Shown piece after piece: positions 1-8,142 of a stretch of DNA of 64,000 nucleotides; the first letter of the stretch is position 1; the number at the start of each line of letters is the position of its first letter. The position numbers and the translations under genes were made by a program. Location: NCBI GenBank assembly GCA_965200965.1, contig OZ241744.1:3488001-3552000 (forward strand), given 5' to 3'. The stretch is from an uncultured Candidatus Binatia bacterium. Lineage in GTDB: Bacteria > Desulfobacterota > Binatia > Bin18. The notes under the pieces are model-generated. The model was not told the origin of the DNA and did not search any database. It saw only the letters and a program-made list of their open reading frames with translations.

Positions 1-592
1 TGATCTGACGGCGGATGACGTATAGCTTGCGCTCAAAAGCCATGTCGCCCACCTTGGCGAGCGCGGGACCGCGGCCAATGAAAATCTGGCGAATACACGG
101 CTCACACGCCCTGGCCGTCTTGCCCAGCTCGCTGTTGTCGGTGGGCACATCGCGCCAGCCCAGGACGGTCTGGCCCTCGGCCCGCACGACCGCCTCAAAG
201 CGTTGCTCACACGCCCGGCGCTGCTCGGCGTCTGGCGGCAAAAAGATCATACCCACCCCGTACTGGCTTGGCGCGGGCAACTGAATGCCTGTCTCGGCAC
301 CCACCGCCTGGAGAAACCGATGCGGCACCTGCATCAGCAGCCCGGCCCCATCGCCGGTGTTTTCCTCACAGCCGCACGCCCCACGGTGGTCAAGGTTGTG
401 TAAGACGGTCAGGGCTTGCTCAACGAGGTGGTGGGATTTCCGGCCTTTGATATTGACCACAAAACCGATGCCGCACGCATCGTGCTCAAACGCCGGGTCA
501 TACAGCCCTTGCTTGGCGGGAATACAGGCGGACGAGGCGATCTTCCTGCTGTTCTCAGCGTTTACCTTTCCGGGATGATTGGGATATGGCAT
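1..592 (-). CDS. gltB: Glutamate synthase large subunit, N-terminal part (runs off the window edge)
   Basis: Manual translation gives GLYDPAFEHDACGIGFVV...LDHRGACGCEENTGDGAG...GWRDVPTDNS, the GltB glutamine amidotransferase domain. ATG at 592. Confidence 0.95.
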   Translation of the reverse strand, partial: MPYPNHPGKVNAENSRKIASSACIPAKQGLYDPAFEHDACGIGFVVNIKGRKSHHLVEQALTVLHNLDHRGACGCEENTGDGAGLLMQVPHRFLQAVGAETGIQLPAPSQYGVGMIFLPPDAEQRRACEQRFEAVVRAEGQTVLGWRDVPTDNSELGKTARACEPCIRQIFIGRGPALAKVGDMAFERKLYVIRRQI

Positions 593-594
593 GT

Positions 595-1125
595 TCAGAC
601 TCCTCTTCTAGTGCGCAGCGGCACGACCGATTCGGGCAGGGCTTTGGACCGGAGTTGGGGCAGGTGGTCTTGCTGCTTGAGATTCAGCCACAGTCCCTCA
701 GTATGCGTTGACAGCACGACCGAGGTTTCGGTCCGGTTGACCCCGTCAATGGAACGAATCTGGCGGATCAACTCTTCAAGCTTTGATGTATTATCGGTTT
801 TGACCTTGAGCAGCAGGGTGTGCTCGCCGGTGATGTGGTGGCACTCCTGGACTTCTTCAAGGCGATCGACGTCTCGCTCAAAGGTCTGGATCAGTTTCGG
901 GTGGTGGATCGAGACACCAATAAAGGCGGTGATATCCTTGCCCAGCTTGCGGGCGTCAAGCACCGCGGTATAGCCCCGAATAACACCGCTCTCTTCGAGT
1001 TTTTTGATCCGTTCCACCACCGAGGGGGCGGATAGCCCGACGCGCTCTCCAATTTTGTTCAGGGAGAGCTTACAATTCTCCTGGAGCAGGGAAAGAATAT
1101 GCCGGTCGAGGCTGTCGATATTCAT
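595..1125 (-). CDS. Lrp/AsnC family transcriptional regulator
   Basis: DSLDRHILSLLQEN...IGERVGLSAPSVVERIKKLEESGVIRGY HTH plus ECHHITGE RAM domain. Confidence 0.95.
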   Translation of the reverse strand: MNIDSLDRHILSLLQENCKLSLNKIGERVGLSAPSVVERIKKLEESGVIRGYTAVLDARKLGKDITAFIGVSIHHPKLIQTFERDVDRLEEVQECHHITGEHTLLLKVKTDNTSKLEELIRQIRSIDGVNRTETSVVLSTHTEGLWLNLKQQDHLPQLRSKALPESVVPLRTRRGV

Positions 1126-1291
1126 AGATGAATCCTCTCGCTTTGTAAGGCAATTTCAATGCAAGGCCGAATAAATAACGAATCAAAGCGGCTTGTGTCA
1201 AGAGAAATTCAGAAAATTTGGCTTTCTTGCCTTTTTTATTTACAGCTTATATGATTTTGTGGACACTGAACGGGTGACACGGAGTACAGGC

Positions 1292-2998
1292 ATGAAAAAG
1301 CTGAGCGGTGCACACATTGTGATTGAAAGTCTGTTGGCCGAGGGCGTTGATACCATCTTTGGCTATCCTGGTGGCGCGATTCTGCCGACCTATGACGCCC
1401 TGGTCCAGAACCCCCGTCTGCGTCATGTACTGGTCCGCCACGAACAGGGCGCGTCGCACATGGCCGAGGGCTATGGGCGGGTATCCGGACGGCCCGGCGT
1501 TGTCCTGGTCACGTCTGGTCCGGGAGCGACCAATACGGTCACCGGCATTGCCGACGCTTATATGGACTCAACCCCTATGGTCGTTATCTCAGGTCAGGTG
1601 GCCCGCTCCATGCTGGGCAACGACGCGTTTCAAGAGGCCGATGTCACCGGCATTACCCGGCCGTGTACCAAACACAATTACCTCGTCCGCGATGTCAAGG
1701 ACATCGCCCGGGTGGTGAAAGAAGCCTTTTATATTGCTGGCACAGGCCGTCCTGGGCCGGTGCTGGTCGATCTGCCCAAGGATGTGCAGACCGACGAAGC
1801 GCCGTTTGTGTATCCCGACCGTGTTGATATCCGGGGCTATAAGCCAACGCTGAAGGGTAACGAGCGCCAGATCGAAAAGGCGCTGGAAGCGATTGAGGGG
1901 GCTGAGCGCCCGCTTTTTTATGTAGGTGGCGGGGTGCAGTGGTCCGGGGCCGCGGCGGAACTCACCGAGCTTGTTCATGGTCTCAAAATCCCGGTCACGC
2001 CAACGGTCATGGCGCTGGGCACAATCCCGACCGACGATCCGCTCCACCTCGGCATGCTCGGTATGCATGGCGGCTATTGGACCAATATGGCCGTGTATCA
2101 CTGTGATGTGTTGATCGCCGTCGGTGCCCGCTTTGACGACCGGGTGACGGGTCGGGTCGCGGACTTTGCGCCAAACGCCAAGACGATCATCCATATTGAT
2201 ATTGACCCGTCGTCGATCAGCAAAAACATCAAGGTTGACGTGCCGATCGTGGGCGATATCAAGGCGGTCCTCACGTCTATGCTCAAAAAGGTTAAAAGCC
2301 AGGAGAGCCTGGCTCCCCGCCAACAGACCTGGGCCGAATGGTACCGGCGGATCATGGACTGGAAAGCGGAAAAACCGCTGCCATACGAGACACACAGCCC
2401 TGACGGCGATATCAAACCGCGTCGGCTCATTGACGGTATTGCCGATCTGACCGGTGGCGAGGCGGTGATTGTCACCGATGTTGGCCAGCACCAGATGTGG
2501 ACGGCCCAGATGATGCCGTTCAAATATCCACGTTCGTGGCTTACCTCCGGGGGCCTGGGGACGATGGGCTATGGCCTGCCGGCCGGCATTGGGGCACATT
2601 TTGCCGCGCCCGAGCGAGAGGTTGTCGTTATCAGCGGCGACGGCAGTATTCAGATGAACATCCAGGAGTTGTCAACCGCGGTGCAGTACCAGGTGCCGGT
2701 CAAGGTTGTGATTATGAACAACCACTACCTCGGCATGGTGCGCCAGTGGCAGGAGAAGTTTTATGAAGAGCGCTACTCCCACTCGTACATGGACGCCATG
2801 CCCGATTTTGTGAAACTTGCCGAGGCCTATGGGGCTAAGGGATTCCGGGTCGAGTGCTCGGCCGACCTGTCCGCTACCCTGCGGGCGGCCTTTGCCGAGC
2901 CCGGGCCGGTCTTGCTCGATGCGGTGATCCCAACAACCGAGGGGGTCTTCCCGATGGTGCCGGCCGGCAGTGCCATGCACGAAATGCTGTTTGCCTGA
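1292..2998 (+). CDS. ilvB: Acetolactate synthase large subunit (biosynthetic)
   Basis: FGYPGGAI, RHEQGA, TSGPGATN, TDVGQHQMW and GDGS ThDP motifs. ATG at 1292 follows GGAG. Confidence 0.95.
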   Translation: MKKLSGAHIVIESLLAEGVDTIFGYPGGAILPTYDALVQNPRLRHVLVRHEQGASHMAEGYGRVSGRPGVVLVTSGPGATNTVTGIADAYMDSTPMVVISGQVARSMLGNDAFQEADVTGITRPCTKHNYLVRDVKDIARVVKEAFYIAGTGRPGPVLVDLPKDVQTDEAPFVYPDRVDIRGYKPTLKGNERQIEKALEAIEGAERPLFYVGGGVQWSGAAAELTELVHGLKIPVTPTVMALGTIPTDDPLHLGMLGMHGGYWTNMAVYHCDVLIAVGARFDDRVTGRVADFAPNAKTIIHIDIDPSSISKNIKVDVPIVGDIKAVLTSMLKKVKSQESLAPRQQTWAEWYRRIMDWKAEKPLPYETHSPDGDIKPRRLIDGIADLTGGEAVIVTDVGQHQMWTAQMMPFKYPRSWLTSGGLGTMGYGLPAGIGAHFAAPEREVVVISGDGSIQMNIQELSTAVQYQVPVKVVIMNNHYLGMVRQWQEKFYEERYSHSYMDAMPDFVKLAEAYGAKGFRVECSADLSATLRAAFAEPGPVLLDAVIPTTEGVFPMVPAGSAMHEMLFA

Positions 2999-3001
2999 GC
3001 C

Positions 3002-3265
3002 GTGGAACACGACCGAGACAACAGGTCTGCCCAGCCCGACCGCTTCTATCAGGGCGTGATCCACAACATCTCCTGGAACAATGAGACCGGGCTGATTCGG
3101 AGTCAGTCCGGCAAAACCTTTCCGTTTGTGTTCGCCTATGTGACCCTGCTCGGTGCCCCGCACCGCGACCTGCGCTTCCTGTTTGAGGGTATGCGGGTCG
3201 GCTTTGACGTGGGCTGGACCTCGCACGGGCTGCGGGTGACGGTGATTAAGGTGTACGATCTGTAG
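3002..3265 (+). CDS. Small hypothetical protein, cold-shock/OB-fold-like
   Basis: YQGVIHNISWNNETGLIRS...LFEGMRVGFDV pattern resembles CSD strands; 3 bp downstream of ilvB. Confidence 0.55.
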   Translation: MEHDRDNRSAQPDRFYQGVIHNISWNNETGLIRSQSGKTFPFVFAYVTLLGAPHRDLRFLFEGMRVGFDVGWTSHGLRVTVIKVYDL

Positions 3266-3270
3266 GCGGC

Positions 3271-4101
3271 TCACAGCGGCAAGGCCGTCCGAAACAGGAG
3301 AAAGCGCCCCAAAAACTCGCCGACAATCGCGGCCAGGATCGCCACATAAAACAGACCGGTGGCCGCCATGGTCTGTGGAATCTGCAAGGTCCGCCAGATC
3401 ATGCCGGCAATCGGCAGGGAGGCCAGCGGACCCAAGCCCAGCCGCATCCAGAGCAGGGCTTGATGGTCGGTCCACAGGCTGGCGAGCCGGTCCACACTGG
3501 CCGGCTCGCCGAGCACCAACAGCAGCCCCACCGCGCCGAGCAGCACGCCAAGGTGGACGAGGAGCGTACCAGCGTAAAAATTGAATGTGCGTCTGAACGG
3601 GTCAAGCGACAGGTCAAGCTCAATCAGATACCAGTGGCCCAGCGACATGCCGGTCGCCACCGCGCCGAGCATCAGGGCCGAGAGCAGCAGGCTGAGCGGA
3701 TACACAATCGTTTCGACCGACACAAACGGCGCGTTGCAATAGGCGCTGGCACTCACCGTCAGCGCTACTAGCCCGACTGCCAGCGCCAACAGATAGGCCC
3801 GTGCGCGCAGCACAACAGCCTCCCCCCACAGGCTGAAGACATACACACTGAACCCGCAGCAAAACACCAGCCACAGCCCGATTTCCCAGCCGTATATCCC
3901 CCACACTGTCCCGGCTTGAGAGGACCAGACCAGGGAGGTTTTGCCCAGAAAAAACGCCCAGCCACAGCCCAGATACACACAGCCGGTTGACTTGAAAAAT
4001 CCGCGTTCGATTTCGTGAAAACCAGGAATACTCAGGCCGAACAGTCCGCCGAGCGCCAGTTGAGCAAAAATCAGCAAAAAGCTGTGGGCAAACTCGATCA
4101 T
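3271..4101 (-). CDS. Multi-pass membrane protein (DmsC/NrfD-like anchor-type hypothetical)
   Basis: About 8 hydrophobic segments, conserved-looking LGHWYL and ATGLFYVA motifs. Confidence 0.7.
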   Translation of the reverse strand: MIEFAHSFLLIFAQLALGGLFGLSIPGFHEIERGFFKSTGCVYLGCGWAFFLGKTSLVWSSQAGTVWGIYGWEIGLWLVFCCGFSVYVFSLWGEAVVLRARAYLLALAVGLVALTVSASAYCNAPFVSVETIVYPLSLLLSALMLGAVATGMSLGHWYLIELDLSLDPFRRTFNFYAGTLLVHLGVLLGAVGLLLVLGEPASVDRLASLWTDHQALLWMRLGLGPLASLPIAGMIWRTLQIPQTMAATGLFYVAILAAIVGEFLGRFLLFRTALPL

Positions 4102-4218
4102 GCCGGGACTCTATCCACACTCTCCTGCGGCCTCAAGGGCAGTCGGCAGACTCATAGACTGAGCGCCTGAAGACTGCTAGGGAATACGAACCTGTCCTGC
4201 CTGTATTGGAGTCCCACC

Positions 4219-4734
4219 ATGCCGAGTACGCCCGAATCCCAGCCTGCGTCTTTGATCACCGACGAGATCCGGTCGTGGATCGGCCGGGAAGTGCCACCCT
4301 GGACGATAGAGGTCACTCGCCGCGATGTGGCCCGTTTTGCGGTGGCCACGGACGATCTGAACCCGCTTTATTTGGACGAGGAAAAGGCCAGCCGCAGCCG
4401 CCACGGCGGTCTGATTGCACCGCCGCTGTTTTATATGGCACCCCTGACCGAGCCGGTGCCCGAGACCGAGCTGCGGCCCGATGGGCTGCCTGTTGCGGGC
4501 AAATTCCCGGTTCCGCCTACTCCCCTGCCGCGTCTGATGGACGGCGGCACCGAGGTTGAATTTTTGCAGCCCATCCGGGTTGGCGATGTCCTCACCGGCC
4601 GCTCAAAAATTACCAATATCTACCAGAAAAACGGGCGGTCCGGGCCGCTCATCTTTGTCCAGCGCGAAACCACCTTTACCAACCAGAGGGGGGAGTTGGT
4701 CCTGATCGAAAAAGGGGCAAGCATTTTACGCTAG
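4219..4734 (+). CDS. MaoC-like hot-dog dehydratase (FAS1-like N-terminal type)
   Basis: RFAVATDDLNPLYLD...APPLF...DGGTEVEFLQPIRVGDVL. Confidence 0.85.
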   Translation: MPSTPESQPASLITDEIRSWIGREVPPWTIEVTRRDVARFAVATDDLNPLYLDEEKASRSRHGGLIAPPLFYMAPLTEPVPETELRPDGLPVAGKFPVPPTPLPRLMDGGTEVEFLQPIRVGDVLTGRSKITNIYQKNGRSGPLIFVQRETTFTNQRGELVLIEKGASILR

Positions 4735-4743
4735 GAGCCGGGC

Positions 4744-5208
4744 ATGGCCGAAGCATTGAGCCAACAAGTCTATTTTGAAGATGTTGAAGAGGGCGCACCC
4801 ATTCCCAGCCTGGAAAAGACGCCCTCCAACACCCTGCTGTTTCTGTACAGCGCGGTGACTTGGAATCCGCAGCGCATCCACTTCGATCGAGACTTCAGCC
4901 TCAAGGAGGGCTATCGGGAGGTGATTATCCACGGCCCGCTGCGGGGCGCGTTCTTGTCCCAACTCATGACCAACTGGATCGGTGAGGCCGGCACCCTCAA
5001 AAGAATGTCCTACGCCAACCGTGACATTGCGTATGTCAACGAGCCGCTGGCCTGTAAGGGCACGGTTACCAGGAAATGGATAGAAAACGGGCTTGGACAT
5101 GTGGAGTGTGATATCTGGGTCGAGAACGGACGGGGCAAGGTCCTGACCCCGGGCAAGGCAACTGTCACCCTGCCGTTGCGCAATCCTGGTAGTCCGCCCC
5201 TGCACTGA
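4744..5208 (+). CDS. MaoC family dehydratase
   Basis: YFEDVEEG, NPQRIHFD...IIHGPL hydratase motif. Confidence 0.85.
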   Translation: MAEALSQQVYFEDVEEGAPIPSLEKTPSNTLLFLYSAVTWNPQRIHFDRDFSLKEGYREVIIHGPLRGAFLSQLMTNWIGEAGTLKRMSYANRDIAYVNEPLACKGTVTRKWIENGLGHVECDIWVENGRGKVLTPGKATVTLPLRNPGSPPLH

Positions 5209-5227
5209 GAACGACGAGGAACGATAC

Positions 5228-5986
5228 ATGGCACATCGCCCGCTGAAGCTTGTTCATACGTCCGATGTTCATCTTGAGAGTGATACCTTTGGCAAAAGCC
5301 AGGAAGGCCGGGCCTTCCGCGGCCGGATTCAGTGCGCGTTCCACAAAGTTGTTGATACGGTTGTCGAGGAAAAGGCCGATCTGTTCCTGATTGCCGGCGA
5401 TTTGTTCGACTCGAACCGGGTGCAGGAATCGGGCGTGGAGTTTGTCCACCGGGAGTTGGCGCGGGTGAGCTGTCCGGTCGTCCTGATTCCGGGCAATCAC
5501 GACTGTTACGATACCCGTTCGATCTACAAAAAGGTCAACTTCCGTGACGCCGGTCCCCATGTCTTTCCGCTGACCTCAGAGACCGGGGTAACCCTGGAGT
5601 TTCCCGAACTCCAGGCCACCGTCTGGGGCAAGGGTCTGGTTGAGCATGATCATGCCTACAAACCGCTGGCCGGCGTGCCCGAGCGTCGGGGCGATTACTG
5701 GCATATTGGCATGGCCCACGGCTTTTATGTTGAGAATGTGGAGGTCATGCGCTCTTCGCTCATCACGCCCGAAGAGGTGGCGGCCTCCCGGCTCGACTAT
5801 CTGGCCCTGGGTCACGTCCACGTTTTTACCGACATCTCGCACGGCCAGACCCGGGCCTGCTATCCGGGCACGCCCGCCCCGCTGCACCTGGGATCCCAGG
5901 ACACGGGCAGCGTGGTGGTGGTCAATCTTGACCCCGAGAGGGGGGTCAACCTGAGCCGGCAAACGCTTCACTTTGGACCGGCGTGA
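5228..5986 (+). CDS. Metallophosphoesterase, SbcD/Mre11-like
   Basis: HTSDVHL, AGDLFD, PGNHD and ALGHVH motifs. Confidence 0.9.
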   Translation: MAHRPLKLVHTSDVHLESDTFGKSQEGRAFRGRIQCAFHKVVDTVVEEKADLFLIAGDLFDSNRVQESGVEFVHRELARVSCPVVLIPGNHDCYDTRSIYKKVNFRDAGPHVFPLTSETGVTLEFPELQATVWGKGLVEHDHAYKPLAGVPERRGDYWHIGMAHGFYVENVEVMRSSLITPEEVAASRLDYLALGHVHVFTDISHGQTRACYPGTPAPLHLGSQDTGSVVVVNLDPERGVNLSRQTLHFGPA

Positions 5987-6076
5987 GCCGGGAGAAGCAC
6001 GCTAACTCATTCGCAGACCGCCCAATGGTTCAAACCGCGCAAACGGCACCCCAATACAGGGGGTAGCGAGGCCGTA

Positions 6077-6802
6077 CTATTCTGCCTCCAACACTTGCGG
6101 GTCAAGCTGATACCACATCACTTCGCCGGATTCGATGCTGGGCTGTATCCGGTTATCCCTGTGCAGACCAGCCACTACGGCATAGCAGCGTTTGCCGGTA
6201 AACCCGGTCAGGAACCCGGCGTTGCGGACGGCCCTGGTCGTATCCCGCCCGTTGGCGGTGAAAGAGATCTCCACGGCGATGTGGCAGGTTTCGCCGGCTT
6301 GGTCGGTGGCTTCCATAAGCAGATCGGCCCGGCGGAAGCTTCTCAGTTCGTTTGCGGGAATATCTGCAACGTTTTGGGACTGGACGAGGGAGCGTATTGC
6401 CTCCTGGTTCAGGGTCCGTACCAGAGTCAGTCCGAGGTCCTCGGCTATGAAGTCGGCCTCTCTGAGAGCGGCGTTTCGGGCATGGGCACCCTTGAGCGGC
6501 GCGATGTCGTCGCGGAGTGACTTAAGATCGGTTTCGACGCGGCCGAGGCGTTGTTCGACCTTCTCCAATCGTTGTTCGACCTTCTCCAATCGTTGTTCGA
6601 CCTTCTCCAATCGTTGTTCGACCTTCTCCAATCGTTGTTCGACCTTCTCGAAGCGCCTCTCGGTGGCTGCGACGAACTGGGCGAATTTTTCAGGTAACTC
6701 AAGCAGTTCGCGCGTCAGCAGCCGGACGCGCAGGGCTTCAATCCACTGGGGATTCTCGTCAAGCACACGGATCAGGTCTTCTATGGTGTTGATGGTAGCC
6801 AT
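6077..6802 (-). CDS. Heptad-repeat coiled-coil protein with C-terminal PD-(D/E)XK-like domain
   Basis: (LEKVEQR)n heptads, then ADLLM...AVEIS...D nuclease-like motif. Confidence 0.75.
   Translation of the reverse strand: MATINTIEDLIRVLDENPQWIEALRVRLLTRELLELPEKFAQFVAATERRFEKVEQRLEKVEQRLEKVEQRLEKVEQRLEKVEQRLGRVETDLKSLRDDIAPLKGAHARNAALREADFIAEDLGLTLVRTLNQEAIRSLVQSQNVADIPANELRSFRRADLLMEATDQAGETCHIAVEISFTANGRDTTRAVRNAGFLTGFTGKRCYAVVAGLHRDNRIQPSIESGEVMWYQLDPQVLEAE
6549..6649. repeat. 21-bp tandem repeat, about 4.8 copies, encoding heptads
   Basis: CGTTGTTCGACCTTCTCCAAT starts at 6549, 6570, 6591, 6612 and 6633 (partial). Confidence 0.95.
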
Positions 6803-6939
6803 TCTCGTACCTGCACTTGTCACTGGCAGCATAGCAGAAAAGCTGCGCCGGCCAAAAGAGGCGGTTATCGGGACATTATGCCTCGTCGGCTGTTGGGTCC
6901 GCTTGTCTCTTCCCGCCCGCTTCTGCTATGACCGGGGCT

Positions 6940-7052
6940 ATGGCAGAGAGAGCTGATCTGCGCCGCCGCCCGCAGCTAATAATGGTTTTGTTCGTTATGG
7001 GTTCGGTGGAATTAAATGGCAGAGAGAGCTGATCTGCGCCGCCGCCCGCAGC
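6940..7052 (+). repeat. Perfect 37-bp direct repeat flanking a 39-bp AT-rich insert
   Basis: ATGGCAGAGAGAGCTGATCTGCGCCGCCGCCCGCAGC at 6940-6976 and 7016-7052. Confidence 0.95.
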
Positions 7053-7597
7053 GGGTGACGCTGAAGGATATTCTGCGCACCGCGGTTAATCTGGAAAAGA
7101 AGACGATGGCGCTCTACATGCGCTTTGCCCAGGTTTTTCAGGAGCAGGAGGAACTGCGCAAATTCTGGTTTGCCATGGCGCGCCATGAAGCCGGGCATCT
7201 GGGTGCCCTGGCCCTGGTCGAAGGCGTCCTGGAGAGCGAGCCGGATGTGGCCGAGAGCAGCAAAGTCTGGTTTGATCCGTCCTCGGTGGTCCGCCTCCGC
7301 TCGCTGCTCAGAGCCTACGACCGTGAGGTCAATAGCGGAGTTGGCGTTGAGCGGGCGTTTGAGATGGCGATTGATATTGAAAGCTCAGAGCTTGAGGATG
7401 TGGTAGTGGAACTGCTTCAGGTGGTCAAGGAAGACAAGATCCACGACCAAGCCGTGAAGTTGCTCATCCACGATTTGAGCGCTCTGAGTTACATGGTCGA
7501 GAAATTCACCACCAATGACGAGTTACTGGCCCGCGCCGATGAACTGGTTGACTACCGCTTCGATCGACCGTCGGTTGCCCCGCCCGAGAAGGACTAG
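7016..7597 (+). CDS. Ferritin-like/rubrerythrin-family protein
   Basis: AVNLE...Y...MARHEAGH ExxH-type helix pattern. Confidence 0.7.
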   Translation: MAERADLRRRPQRVTLKDILRTAVNLEKKTMALYMRFAQVFQEQEELRKFWFAMARHEAGHLGALALVEGVLESEPDVAESSKVWFDPSSVVRLRSLLRAYDREVNSGVGVERAFEMAIDIESSELEDVVVELLQVVKEDKIHDQAVKLLIHDLSALSYMVEKFTTNDELLARADELVDYRFDRPSVAPPEKD

Positions 7598-7629
7598 GCG
7601 ATCCTGTCGTGAGCCGCGGCCCGGCACAT

Positions 7630-7659
7630 TTGACAGACATCCGATAACTTGCTTATATC
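7630..7659 (+). promoter_or_regulatory. Putative sigma-70 promoter
   Basis: TTGACA, 17-18 bp spacer, TTATAT/TATATC upstream of the ABM gene. Confidence 0.5.
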
Positions 7660-7703
7660 ACACCGCCCGGTAGGGCATATTCAACCGACAGGAGGATCAC
7701 ACA

Positions 7704-8000
7704 ATGGCGACAACAGTTGTTATACTCGATATGCATGTCAAACCCGAGGCCGTGGATGGGGTCAAAGCCTCGCTCAAAGAGATTCTGCCTGATACCCGCG
7801 CTTATGACGGCTGCCAGGGGCTCGACATCTATGAAGACCTGGATGAAACCGGCCATCTGGTCTTCTACGAGCGCTGGGACTCAAAAGAACACTACCAGAG
7901 ATATCTGAACTGGCGGACCGAAACCGGCGCGATGGAGCAACTCGGCAAAGCCCTGCAAGGACCGCCCAGCATCAAGTATTTTGATCGGGTTGATGCCTAA
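7704..8000 (+). CDS. Antibiotic biosynthesis monooxygenase (ABM) family protein
   Basis: DTRAYDGC...FYERWDSKEHY...WR; AGGAGG RBS. Confidence 0.9.
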   Translation: MATTVVILDMHVKPEAVDGVKASLKEILPDTRAYDGCQGLDIYEDLDETGHLVFYERWDSKEHYQRYLNWRTETGAMEQLGKALQGPPSIKYFDRVDA

Positions 8001-8024
8001 GATCTCAGCAGTGTTCCCCTAGGC

Positions 8025-8048
8025 GCAGGACGAAACCCGTCGTCCTGC
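8025..8048 (+). terminator. Stem-loop downstream of the ABM gene
   Basis: GCAGGACGA-aacccg-TCGTCCTGC; no U tract. Confidence 0.4.
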
Positions 8049-8142
8049 TCGCCCCTGTCCCATCTTCTCAGCGCCTTTGCCCACCTGAATACCGGCCCCA
8101 TCATTGCTGCCGGCCCATATGGCTCACCACGGAGGGTTAGAC

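Noticed and set aside
1589-2599. Long antisense ORFs over ilvB and many other genes
   Set aside because: Typical of high-GC codon bias; no motifs, and fully overlapped by well-supported genes
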